DNA of 64,000 bases, from assembly GCA_046290465.1 (NCBI GenBank), contig JBKAGP010000001.1:3392001-3456000 (forward strand). The letters are read 5' to 3'. Made by a program: the position numbers and the translations under genes. Positions 18,901-28,121 of this stretch are shown here, one piece after another (positions within the stretch are counted from its first letter, which is position 1; every line of letters begins with the position of its first letter). The DNA comes from Planctomycetota bacterium. Lineage in GTDB: Bacteria; Planctomycetota; UBA1135; UBA2386. The notes beneath the pieces were generated by a model that searched no databases, had not been told where the DNA came from, and was given only the letters and a program-made list of their open reading frames with translations.

Positions 18901-21111
18901 CTACAGCGAGGTCCGCGTGCGCGCCGGTCCAGCGACGCGAACCTCACCGGTCCGCCCCGCCTCGCCGCCGCGCAGGATCGTGATGCGGTAGCTCCCCGGC
19001 GACAGGCCGTCGACCGCCACCGCCTGCGTCGCGAGCGTGCGCAGGTCGTCGACCTGCACCTCGGCGACCTTGACCGCCCGCGGCAGGCCCACGCCCTCGA
19101 CCTCGAGCGCTTCGACACGGACCGTCCCGGCGCCGTCGAAGCGCGCGTCGACCGGCTCGGCGAGGCCGACCTCGACGCCGGCCAGCGGCCACGCGATCAG
19201 GTTGCCGCGCAGCGGCGACAGCTGGCTGCGCACCACCGCGACCGCCCCGTCCGCCGCCTCGAGCCGCACCACGCCGTCGCCCGCGGCCGGCACCGCGAGC
19301 GCGACGCGCCCGTGGTCGTCGGTGGTCGCGTGCGACACGCGTTCGCTGCGCACGTCGAGGTAGGAGACCCGGCAGCCGCGCAGCGGCGTGCCCTGCCGTT
19401 CGACCGTGACCTGCGCCCGGTCGTGCGGCATGGCCAACGACATCGACAGGCTCGCACCGGGCGCCAGTTCGCGGTGCACGGGCTCGGACTTGGGGTTGGT
19501 GAGGACCACGTAGTGTCCCGCGACCAGCCCGCCGAAGCGGAGCGGCCCGCGCACCGGCAGCTCGGCGACGACGACGCTGACGAGCTTCTTCTCTCCGAAC
19601 ACGCGCTTGAGCAGCACGATCGGCAGCCGCGTCGCCGGCTGATCGCGCAGCAGCCGTTCGCGCGTCGAAGACGGATAGCTCAGCACGATCTCGCCGAGCG
19701 GCGGCAGCTGCAGTTCGACGAACGCGGCGGCGCCGTCGTCGGCAAGCGTGTACCGTGCCAGGTTGGTGACGGACGCGGTGCCGTCGTGCTTCGGCCGCGG
19801 CGTCGGGCGCACGTCGAACGCGTAGTCCCCCAGCGGCAGCTGCTCGAACGAGAACCGCCCGTTCGCGTCGGTCTGCGCCTCGGCCAGCGGCGGGTTGCGC
19901 CCCATGCGCGGATGCGGCTCCGGCGGCGGCCGGCGCTGGTCGAGCGGCCACGCCTCGACGGCCACCCCGACCGCAGGCGTGCGGTCGGCGCGCAGCACGC
20001 GTCCCTGCAGCGCCCGGCACGGCACGCGCTGCAGCACGATCTCGACGTCGCGCTGGCCGCGCTGCACGCCGTCGACGGTCGCCTCGACGAATCCGGTCTT
20101 GCGCGCCGTGATCCGGAACGCGCTGCCGCGGGCGGCGATCGACCAGGTCCCGTCCGGGCCGCTCGTGCACGACGAACGGCCGGTCCCGAGGAACCCGGAC
20201 GCCCCCTGCACCGCGGCACCCGGAACGGCCACGCCGGCCTCGGTCACGACGCGGCCGCGGATGCTGCCGGCATCGCGCATCGGCACCTCCAGCTCGACGT
20301 CCCCGTCGGCTGCCGGCACCACCTGCAGCTGCGGCTCGTAGCCGGCACACTCGCACAGCAGCACCAACGGCACACCGGCCGCGACCGGCGCCGCGAGCTG
20401 GCCGCGCTCCGCCTCGCGTTCGAGCACGTAGAGCGCATCGCCGTCGCCGGTCTCGGCCCCGGCCGCCGCCAGCAACCGCATGGCCGCCGGCACCGGCGCG
20501 CCGCTGGCGGCGTCGATCGCGCGCGCAGCCAGCCGCCGCGGCGCACGCAGCGGGATCACCAGGTCGCGCTGCAGTCCTGCACGTTGGCCGACGCACTGCC
20601 AGCGACTCTGCACCTGCTGCTGCTCGGGATCGAACACCGCCACGGCCAGCCCACCGGCGCCCGGCGGCAGCGCGCACCAGCCGGAGTCGTCGGTCACGCC
20701 GAGCAGTTCGAAGTCGCCTTGCTTGTGGCTCGTGCTCCAGCTCGCCGGCAGCGTGTTGACCCGCACCAGCTTGCCCTCGCGAACCGCGAACAGGCGGCAC
20801 GACCAGGACTCGGGCATCCAGACGACCCTGGCCCCGGCCACGTCCTGGCCGTCGCGCTGCACGCGCACGCCGATCGCCTCGCCGCCGTCGGCACCGCGCG
20901 CCAGCTGCCGCTCGCTCGCGTCCGGCACCGGCGACGCCGCCGCGTTGGCGACGTCGGCCGACGGCTTGGCGACGAGATCGGGGTCGGCCACCGGCTCCGG
21001 ACCGTCGACGCCACGCCACCAGTCGCCGGTCGCGAGCACCGCGATCAGGGCAGCGACCAGCGCAACGGGCGCGACGACGACGAACCAACCACGAGACGGC
21101 GATCTGCTCAT
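18901..21111 (-). CDS. membrane-anchored carboxypeptidase regulatory-like (beta-sandwich) repeat protein
   Basis: N-terminal TM; repeats GRVV..G..V.GA.V, TDANGRFSF..LP.G.Y; ATGA overlap with upstream gene. Confidence 0.82.
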   Translation of the reverse strand: MSRSPSRGWFVVVAPVALVAALIAVLATGDWWRGVDGPEPVADPDLVAKPSADVANAAASPVPDASERQLARGADGGEAIGVRVQRDGQDVAGARVVWMPESWSCRLFAVREGKLVRVNTLPASWSTSHKQGDFELLGVTDDSGWCALPPGAGGLAVAVFDPEQQQVQSRWQCVGQRAGLQRDLVIPLRAPRRLAARAIDAASGAPVPAAMRLLAAAGAETGDGDALYVLEREAERGQLAAPVAAGVPLVLLCECAGYEPQLQVVPAADGDVELEVPMRDAGSIRGRVVTEAGVAVPGAAVQGASGFLGTGRSSCTSGPDGTWSIAARGSAFRITARKTGFVEATVDGVQRGQRDVEIVLQRVPCRALQGRVLRADRTPAVGVAVEAWPLDQRRPPPEPHPRMGRNPPLAEAQTDANGRFSFEQLPLGDYAFDVRPTPRPKHDGTASVTNLARYTLADDGAAAFVELQLPPLGEIVLSYPSSTRERLLRDQPATRLPIVLLKRVFGEKKLVSVVVAELPVRGPLRFGGLVAGHYVVLTNPKSEPVHRELAPGASLSMSLAMPHDRAQVTVERQGTPLRGCRVSYLDVRSERVSHATTDDHGRVALAVPAAGDGVVRLEAADGAVAVVRSQLSPLRGNLIAWPLAGVEVGLAEPVDARFDGAGTVRVEALEVEGVGLPRAVKVAEVQVDDLRTLATQAVAVDGLSPGSYRITILRGGEAGRTGEVRVAGPARTRTSL

Positions 21112-22559
21112 TGGACGGATCGGGCGAGCGCCCGTTCGAGTGCACTGCTGACGGGGATCCAGACGTAGCCGAGCCGGGCGTCCCGATGCAGGTGGGCGCC
21201 GTAGGCGGCGGCCTCTTCGAGCGTCATGCCCGGCAGCGCCTCGAGGTGCGGCGCCGGATCGTCCGCGCCGGTGAAGCCGAGCTGCCAGTCGATGGCGCGC
21301 GCAGCGCGGATGCGGCCGTCGCGACCGAGCAGCAGCGCCAGTTCGACGAACTCGGGGCGATACGGATTGCCACCGACCACCAGCAGCGTCTGCGGCTCGG
21401 CGCCCGCGACCTCGACCGACAGGCACCCATCCGAACGGCGCAGCTCGCCGAGCTGCATCGACGCGTCGGCGCCGTCGAGCTGTCGCAGCACCAGCTCGGC
21501 AGCGGCGCGTTCGCCGACCAGGCGACGCATCGCGGCGAACGACGACGTGTGCCGGAACGTCGAGGTCTTGGCATCGACGCGCATGCCGCGGCCGACGCGG
21601 ATCATGCACGGGACCATCGTGACCCCCAGCGCCTCCAGGTCACGCCGTTCGACCAGCCGGCAGACGACGGCGTCCGGCACCGCACTCTGCATCGTGGCCG
21701 GAACGGCAACCGGCTCGGCCGAGCTGGCGTCGACGTCGACCATGACCAGCCGGCCGCCGCGCTGCGCCGCGTCCTGCTGCAGGTGCTGCCAGTAAGCAAC
21801 CGCCTCGTGACAGTGCGGGCAGTCCCGCGAGTAGAAGATCAGACAGTCCTCGACCCGGAGCAGCCGGTAGGCGCTGGTGACGTCGCCGCCGACGGCACGC
21901 AGCCGCACGTCGGGAATGCGCCATCCGACCCGGTCGAGGCGCGCATCGCGCAGCACGCCGTTGAGCGCGGCCTTGGTGCTGCGGCGATCGATCGACTCCG
22001 ACAGCGCCAGCACGAACCCAGCCGGCGCGATCGCCGCCAGCATCCAGACCAGCCGCCGACCGCGACGCGCACAGCTCGCGAGCATCGCGACCAGCACCGT
22101 GTTGCGCAGCACCATCAGGGGCGCGCCGTAGCCGAACGTCTCGGCCGGCAGCGTGACCCCGCAGCCGCAGTTGGCGAGGAACGAGTGGTCGCCCGCGCTG
22201 GCAGCGGCCAGCAGCGAGAACGACGTCAGCAGCACGCCGCCGACGAGCGCGGCGATGCGGCGACCCCGGGTGAACACCAGGGCCACCGCCACCAGGCACT
22301 CGAGCACCGCAACGGCCAGAACCATGCGCTGGAAGGCCGTCGCCGAAAGTGCTCCGAGCACCACCGGCTGCGCCGGCGCGCCAAAGACGAGCTTCTGCAC
22401 GCCGGCGACGCCGAGCACGATCCCCGGTATGGCCCAACCGGCCACGCCGAGGATGCGTCTCTTGAGCCCCGGCCCTGCAGCTGCAGGACCGGCCTCGGAC
22501 CGCGAGCCACCGGCGTTCGCCGTCAGGCAATCGGGCGAAGCGGCAACGACGTCGGTCAT
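21108..22559 (-). CDS. MauE/DoxX membrane domain - thioredoxin-like (CPHC) fusion, copy 1
   Basis: AGVQKL, LECLVA, NCGCG, LRNTVL; YSRDCPHC, LGVTMVP. Confidence 0.82.
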   Translation of the reverse strand: MTDVVAASPDCLTANAGGSRSEAGPAAAGPGLKRRILGVAGWAIPGIVLGVAGVQKLVFGAPAQPVVLGALSATAFQRMVLAVAVLECLVAVALVFTRGRRIAALVGGVLLTSFSLLAAASAGDHSFLANCGCGVTLPAETFGYGAPLMVLRNTVLVAMLASCARRGRRLVWMLAAIAPAGFVLALSESIDRRSTKAALNGVLRDARLDRVGWRIPDVRLRAVGGDVTSAYRLLRVEDCLIFYSRDCPHCHEAVAYWQHLQQDAAQRGGRLVMVDVDASSAEPVAVPATMQSAVPDAVVCRLVERRDLEALGVTMVPCMIRVGRGMRVDAKTSTFRHTSSFAAMRRLVGERAAAELVLRQLDGADASMQLGELRRSDGCLSVEVAGAEPQTLLVVGGNPYRPEFVELALLLGRDGRIRAARAIDWQLGFTGADDPAPHLEALPGMTLEEAAAYGAHLHRDARLGYVWIPVSSALERALARSVQ

Positions 22560-22574
22560 CGGGTGTTGCCGGGA

Positions 22575-23000
22575 TCAGGCGAGGCGGAACCGGCGGCCGA
22601 ACGCGGCCAGGCCGGCGAGGATGCCGAGCGCCCACGGCAGCGGGCTGCGCGACGGATCGTCCGGCACCTTGCAGTAGCAGAGCGCGTCGGAGCCGACCTC
22701 TTCGCCTTCGTCGTTGGTGACGACGATCTTGCCCTCGTAGCAGCCTTCGCCTTCTTCGAGTTCGTCGACCTCACCGGCGCGGCACTTGTCGAGCGTCGGG
22801 CAGGCGGGTTGGTACTCGAAGCAGTCGTCGCCGTACTTGGTGTCGCAGGGGCCGGACCAGACCTCGTCGCCGTTGGCGTCGTAGATCGTGCAGGTGTAGT
22901 CGGCAGGATCGGCGTTGGGCGGCAGCGGGCTCGGGCCCTGGGCGGAGAGGGCGCTCGCGAACAGCGTCGAGAGCAGCAGCGTAGAGAGAACACGGATCAT
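22575..23000 (-). CDS. small Cys-rich acidic secreted protein with C-terminal sorting signal (putative exosortase target)
   Basis: Signal peptide (ALSA/Q), 8 Cys, tail VPDDPSRSPLPW-ALGILAGLAAFG-RRFRLA; GGAG RBS. Confidence 0.85.
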   Translation of the reverse strand: MIRVLSTLLLSTLFASALSAQGPSPLPPNADPADYTCTIYDANGDEVWSGPCDTKYGDDCFEYQPACPTLDKCRAGEVDELEEGEGCYEGKIVVTNDEGEEVGSDALCYCKVPDDPSRSPLPWALGILAGLAAFGRRFRLA

Positions 23001-23388
23001 GTTGGACTCCGATTCAAAGCAGAAGAAAGCTCTGATCCCGCGGCGCGAGATCTTCCCGCTGGCACCCTAGACCCGTTGGGTCAGCCGTCAACAATACGTG
23101 TTGGTCGCCGCGCCCGCCAGGGTATCGATACCCGTGCAGGGATGACGCAAGGCGTTTGGCTGCGACCGGTTCGCAAGGATCCGACGCGCCGTGCGAGGGG
23201 CAGCGCGCCTCGAATGGTCGACCATGTCGACCATTTTCTCGCACCGCCCCAGGGACCTTGTGCCGGGGAGCCTCGCTCCTACGCTGACGCTCCGTCGACG
23301 AAGGTTCGGCCAACGCGCCGTGCGCGACCCGCGGTCACCACGACCCGCGAGACGCCGCAGGAAGAAGCCCACCCCAGGATCCCACCCG

Positions 23389-24003
23389 ATGAACGAACCC
23401 CGCCTCGGAGGCCTCTGCCTGACCCTCGGCTCGACCGTGACGTTCGCCGCGATCGCCAGCCTCGAGTGCATCGGCCGACTCGCCCCCACGGCATCCCACG
23501 AGACCCTGGCCGAGTCCGCCGGCGACTTCTGGCACCTGATGCAGCACATCTGGGGCTGGGAAGCCATCGGCCACGCCGTGATCGCCGCTGGCAGCCTGCT
23601 GCTGGCCAAGGCCACGCGCGGCCTGGTGAGCGTCGCGTGGATGGCGATGACGATCTACCTGGTGATGACCGTGATCGCGCTGACCATGACCCTCGGGATC
23701 GAGCTCGCGCCGACGCCGGAGGCGTGGACGATCCCCTCGTTCGAAGGCGCGAGCCGGGCGTTGCAGGTCGGCCAGTGGGTCGGCCTCGGCCTGATGGTTG
23801 CGCTGTTCTCGTCGGCGGCATTCGGGCGATCGGGGGTGGTCGGCCGGAGTGCCGGGATGGTGGCGCTCGGGTCCCTGGCGGCGGCCGGGCTCGGGGCGGC
23901 GGTGGGCGTGTTGCCGACGAGGGTGGTGAGCATGGTGCTGCTGGTGCAGCCGATCGTGCTGGGGTTGGGGCACTGGCGGATGCTGGATCGGGACGCGATC
24001 TGA
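23389..24003 (+). CDS. hypothetical membrane protein
   Basis: Multiple hydrophobic helices. Confidence 0.65.
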   Translation: MNEPRLGGLCLTLGSTVTFAAIASLECIGRLAPTASHETLAESAGDFWHLMQHIWGWEAIGHAVIAAGSLLLAKATRGLVSVAWMAMTIYLVMTVIALTMTLGIELAPTPEAWTIPSFEGASRALQVGQWVGLGLMVALFSSAAFGRSGVVGRSAGMVALGSLAAAGLGAAVGVLPTRVVSMVLLVQPIVLGLGHWRMLDRDAI

Positions 24004-24215
24004 GCGCTGCTTCGCCGACCTGCGGGTCGCGGCGGATCCGGTCTGCGAGACCGCACACCTGCTGCTGCCCCCATAGATATTGTCCGACCTGACGAGCACC
24101 GGGGCCTCCTCCTGTCCGGGTAGAACACCACAGGAGTTCTCTTCTACGTATCCTCCCCGCTACGACGGGATCAGCTACGATCCGTCGCGCCCCACCTGCC
24201 GAACGGAGAGCCCCG

Positions 24216-25427
24216 ATGACTCGACCGAAGTGCCTCGCACCGCTGCTGCTGCTCTTGCTGCTCGCCTGCACCGCATCGACGCAGGAGAAGGTCACGGTAC
24301 GCGCAGCGCTGTTCCCCTATCTGCCGCCGGACCGCCACAACGAAGCACTCCATGAACGCATCACGTCGGAGTTCCACAAGGCGAACCCGGACCTGAAGCT
24401 CGAGCTACGCCGCTTCGACAGCTGGGAGAACTTCTACGACCCGCACTTCCTGACGAAACTGCTCCGCGGCGCGGATCGCTACGACATCATCGAGGTGGAC
24501 ACGGTCCTGCTCGGCACGCTGCTCGACCTCGAGCTGGTGGCCCCGTGGCCCGCACCTCTCAGTGACGCGCAGCCCATCGCCCGTGACGCCGCACGCGTCG
24601 ATGGCATCACCTATGGAATGCCGCACTGGTTGTGCGGGCACTTCGTGATGAGCACGCACCAGAAGGTCGCAGCGGCCGAGAGCGCAAGCCAACTCGTGGC
24701 GGCGCTCGAAGCCGCAGCACCTGGCACCCGCAACCTCGCCGCCAACCTCCGCGGAAGCTGGAACGGCCCCGCTCTCTACCTGGATGCGTGGGCAGACTCG
24801 CGCAGCTCCAACGACCTGCTCGGCGCAATCCGGCTCCCGCTCGACACCGACGTCGCCGGGCTACTCGCCCAGGTCGCCGCCCAAGGCGCCTTCCAGGGCG
24901 TGAACCCCTGCATCAACGGCGACTACGAGGACAACGACCAGGCCGCGATCGACTTCGGCACCGGCAAGGCCGACGCACTGCTCGGCTACTCCGAACGGAT
25001 GCACCACGCGGTTGCCGCGGGCATCGACCCCACGAAGGTCTTCGTGGGATCCGCTCCGCTCGGCGCCGGCTCCGATCCAATCTGGTTCGTGGACATGTTC
25101 GTCCTGCCGGGCGACTACCCGGATGGCGTGACGCCGGAGGAGATCAAGGCCCGCCGCGAGGGGGCGCGGAGGTTCGGCGAGTTCATGAACCGGGCCGACG
25201 TGTTCGCCTGGATCCACCAGAGCGCGGATCTCGGAGCGAAGGCGGCGCCGAGGTACCTGCTTCCGGCCACCCGATCCGCCTACGAGCATCCGGCGTTGGC
25301 GCGCGACCCGATCATCGGACAGGTGCGACCGCTGGTGGGCCGCGGCACGTTCTTTCCGCGGTTCCGGCTTCCAGGAGCCAGAAAGCGGATGGAAGCTGCA
25401 GTCAACAGGGCGATCGGGGCCAAGTAG
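24216..25427 (+). CDS. thiaminase I (thiamine pyridinylase)-like lipoprotein
   Basis: Lipobox LLAC; LFPYLP, YGMPHWLCG (nucleophile Cys position), GYSERM (base Glu position), WFVD, PRYLLPA. Confidence 0.75.
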   Translation: MTRPKCLAPLLLLLLLACTASTQEKVTVRAALFPYLPPDRHNEALHERITSEFHKANPDLKLELRRFDSWENFYDPHFLTKLLRGADRYDIIEVDTVLLGTLLDLELVAPWPAPLSDAQPIARDAARVDGITYGMPHWLCGHFVMSTHQKVAAAESASQLVAALEAAAPGTRNLAANLRGSWNGPALYLDAWADSRSSNDLLGAIRLPLDTDVAGLLAQVAAQGAFQGVNPCINGDYEDNDQAAIDFGTGKADALLGYSERMHHAVAAGIDPTKVFVGSAPLGAGSDPIWFVDMFVLPGDYPDGVTPEEIKARREGARRFGEFMNRADVFAWIHQSADLGAKAAPRYLLPATRSAYEHPALARDPIIGQVRPLVGRGTFFPRFRLPGARKRMEAAVNRAIGAK

Positions 25428-25586
25428 CGACGGCGGGCATCGCCCCGCACCACGAACCCGACCGCCCGCATGGGCCGGTGGATACCGATCAGGCCGCCCG
25501 TGAACCGGCGCTGCCAACCGGACGGCTCCAAGCAACCAACATCGCAAGCAACCTGAAGCTGCTCTGGCCAGGGCCCTGACGGTTGC

Positions 25587-25847
25587 TCAGCCCTGCGGGA
25601 ACCGCGGCCCTGGCTCGTGCGCATACTCGATGTCGTCCGCAAGGCTCAGCGAGTCGAGCAGCTCGGACACCGGGCCGGTGGCGTCGAGTTCGACCTCGTA
25701 GAGGGTCGCAAGCTCCTCCTCGGACTCGCCGGGAAACAGCTGCCTTGCACGGCAAGGCTGTCCGCCGAGAAGGGACTCGATCCGGGCCGTCTTCACCTGC
25801 ACGGGCGAGCTCGCGCTGCGGAACTTGACGATGAGCTTGTGTCGCAC
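25587..25847 (-). CDS. small protein resembling a stand-alone subtilase propeptide domain
   Basis: LIVKFR...RQLFP...LYEVEL...L...DIEYAHEP pattern; GTG start estimated. Confidence 0.5.
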   Translation of the reverse strand: MRHKLIVKFRSASSPVQVKTARIESLLGGQPCRARQLFPGESEEELATLYEVELDATGPVSELLDSLSLADDIEYAHEPGPRFPQG

Positions 25848-26258
25848 GGTCGTGGTTTGCGAGTGCGCGCACCAGTCTACCGCATTCGCTGAGGACGGCG
25901 CAGAGCACGGCGCTGCGTGCGTCATGACCCGCCCCACGACCAGGCGACGGAAGGAGCGCTGCCAAGAGCTCGGCAGAACGTTCGTCGCCACCACCGAGCC
26001 GCTCGATCCACACCGTGACGGTGGTTTCGACGGAGGGATCGGGTCGGTGGGGATGGCTTGCGAGCGTGGCGTTTGGCTGGGCGCGGTCGGGGGCACTCGT
26101 CGTGCGGACACCGGGTAGGATCGCGCGGCGGTTCAAGCCTTTGTTCGGACTTGAGTTACGGCTGTCACCGCAGGACGCATCGCCCGCAGCTCCCATCCCA
26201 TGGCGCCGTCTGAATCTATCCGAGGCCTCCGCGTAGGCTCGACGTCTGGGACACGCTC

Positions 26259-26861
26259 ATGCACGACCTCATCGGCGACCTCTACTTCGCTGGCGCTCTC
26301 GCCGCCCTCTACGGGTTCTTCACCCTCATCGGGGGGACAACTCCTAAGGCGCAACTGACCACGCTGCTTCTCCTCGGGTTCGCCTTCCTCGCTGATGCCT
26401 ACTCGTGGCTGGTCGTTCCTGTTCGCGAGACAAGCTCTTCGCTGCTCTGGAAGCTCGACTCTCTCGGCGTCATCGCCTCCTTCATCGCCGCTGCACTCGC
26501 TGCCAACACAACTTGGTCCAAGGCCTTTGGCGCTCTGGTCCTCTCGCTTGAGACCTACCTCATCACCGCGTTCGTCTACTGGTTCTACCTGCCGACTCAA
26601 GACCCGAAGCTCTTCGCATCCGTCATGGAGACCTGGGGCGCGACCTCGCAGGATGACATGGACCTGTACCGACTCCTCGCACTTCTGCTCTTCTCCGTTT
26701 CACCGGTGGTCCTCGCCCTTGGCTACTTCGCAACCAAGGGGTGGCTGCCGTGGGTTCGCACTCGCTGGCCACACCTCTGGACCAAGCGCTGGCACGTGCT
26801 CGCTGTTCTGATTGGCGCTTACTACGTCGCCTACAACGTCACACCGTGGCTCCTTCTCTGA
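26259..26861 (+). CDS. hypothetical polytopic membrane protein
   Basis: About 6 hydrophobic segments; island-type codon usage. Confidence 0.75.
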   Translation: MHDLIGDLYFAGALAALYGFFTLIGGTTPKAQLTTLLLLGFAFLADAYSWLVVPVRETSSSLLWKLDSLGVIASFIAAALAANTTWSKAFGALVLSLETYLITAFVYWFYLPTQDPKLFASVMETWGATSQDDMDLYRLLALLLFSVSPVVLALGYFATKGWLPWVRTRWPHLWTKRWHVLAVLIGAYYVAYNVTPWLLL

Positions 26862-27002
26862 CCCGATGGGGGACCACGGCTTCGGGTCCTCGGTGACGGA
26901 GCCATGCCGCGTCTTCTTGCGTTCCTCCTCGAGTTCGGGCGTCGGTTGCTCACCAGCTCGGGGTGAGTGAGCAACACGAACCCTCAACCGGAGGCAACGA
27001 AG

Positions 27003-27254
27003 ATGACAACAGCACGTCCCATCCACCAAGTTCGCATCGGCCGCATCGTGGCCGCCATCTGGGCGAACGAGACTCCCCTCGGCACGCGCCACAACGTGAC
27101 GCTCAGCAGGCTCTACAAGAGCGGGCCCACCGACGACTGGAAGCGCACCGAGAGCTTCGGCCGCGACGACCTTCCCACCGTCGAAAAGGTCTGCGACCTG
27201 GCTTTCCGCTGGATTCACGACCAGCGCAAGGCGGACGGTGACGGGGCCGCCTGA
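27003..27254 (+). CDS. small conserved planctomycete mobile-element protein, possible ssDNA-binding
   Basis: PIHQVRIGRIVAAIWANET..HNVTLSRLYK..WK.TESFGRDDLP; GGAGG RBS. Confidence 0.75.
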   Translation: MTTARPIHQVRIGRIVAAIWANETPLGTRHNVTLSRLYKSGPTDDWKRTESFGRDDLPTVEKVCDLAFRWIHDQRKADGDGAA

Positions 27255-27316
27255 GCGGCCGTCTTGCCTGCTACCTCACCTCTTCGTGCAGGTAGCTCCT
27301 GAGAGCTAACGAGTGG

Positions 27317-27874
27317 TCACGAAGGAAACGTGAAGCGGTCCGCTCCAAGACCTGCCGCGTTCTTCTGACAGTAGGCAACCCCCTTGTTCGACAAGAACAC
27401 CTGGCCGTTGCCCGGGTCGTGCTCCACGAGACCAGCTTCGAAAAGCTTGGCAACGGCTCGCGTGTAGTCCCTCCAAACCGACGAACGCGGGTCGAGTCCG
27501 AACGTCCACCGACCTTCGGTTGGCTTCTTGAAGTGCTGCTGCTGGTAGTGCCACAGCGTGTTCAGCACGCGGCGTCCCATGTCTCCGAGTTCAACATTCT
27601 CGGGCACGAGCTCTGCGTCGGGCGCAGCTTCCGGCGCACTAGTCGTTCCCTCCCCGAACTCGTACTTGCCCCAGGGTGAGTCCCAGCTTCGAAGACGGCC
27701 AAGAAGAGCGACTACGTGCTTTCGGAACCACCACACGATGACCAACACGACCAAGGGCCATGCCAGAGCTTCGACCAGACGGAGAAAGAACTCCGCACCA
27801 TCGACGGCATCCGTTGCGGTGGCTACCGCTTCGGTCTTCGACGCAACAACGTCCGGCTGGGCCTTCTCCTGCAT
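27317..27874 (-). CDS. hypothetical protein with one TM helix
   Basis: LAWPLVVLVIVWWFR helix then a soluble domain with possible wHTH. Confidence 0.7.
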   Translation of the reverse strand: MQEKAQPDVVASKTEAVATATDAVDGAEFFLRLVEALAWPLVVLVIVWWFRKHVVALLGRLRSWDSPWGKYEFGEGTTSAPEAAPDAELVPENVELGDMGRRVLNTLWHYQQQHFKKPTEGRWTFGLDPRSSVWRDYTRAVAKLFEAGLVEHDPGNGQVFLSNKGVAYCQKNAAGLGADRFTFPS

Positions 27875-28018
27875 GAAGGCACACTCTCTCGTGGCAAGGG
27901 GAGGTGAGGCAACGGCGACGCGGAGAAACAGAGAGAAGCAGCCGCGTGGTAGGCGCAGACAAAGCCCGCGCTCGTTGAGTAACCCGGTCCCCCCCACTCG
28001 CCGTTCCCGGGCTTGACC

Positions 28019-28046
28019 ACGCTTGATAAAATGGGTTATCGTCAGT
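28019..28046. other. dif-like 11-6-11 recombination site
   Basis: ACGCTTGATAA-AATGGG-TTATCGTCAGT with GATAA/TTATC dyad just upstream of a tyrosine recombinase. Confidence 0.55.
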
Positions 28047-28121
28047 AGTCATGAGCCAGATTCGGGTGGGGGACTCGGCCAACTCCTGTCTCCTGAACAG
28101 CTTGGAGCGGCACTCCTGACT

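Noticed and set aside
16830..23000. Methylamine dehydrogenase (mau) operon
   Set aside because: No MauA/MauB/MauG recognised; the Cys-rich protein has a Sec signal and sorting tail rather than MauA features
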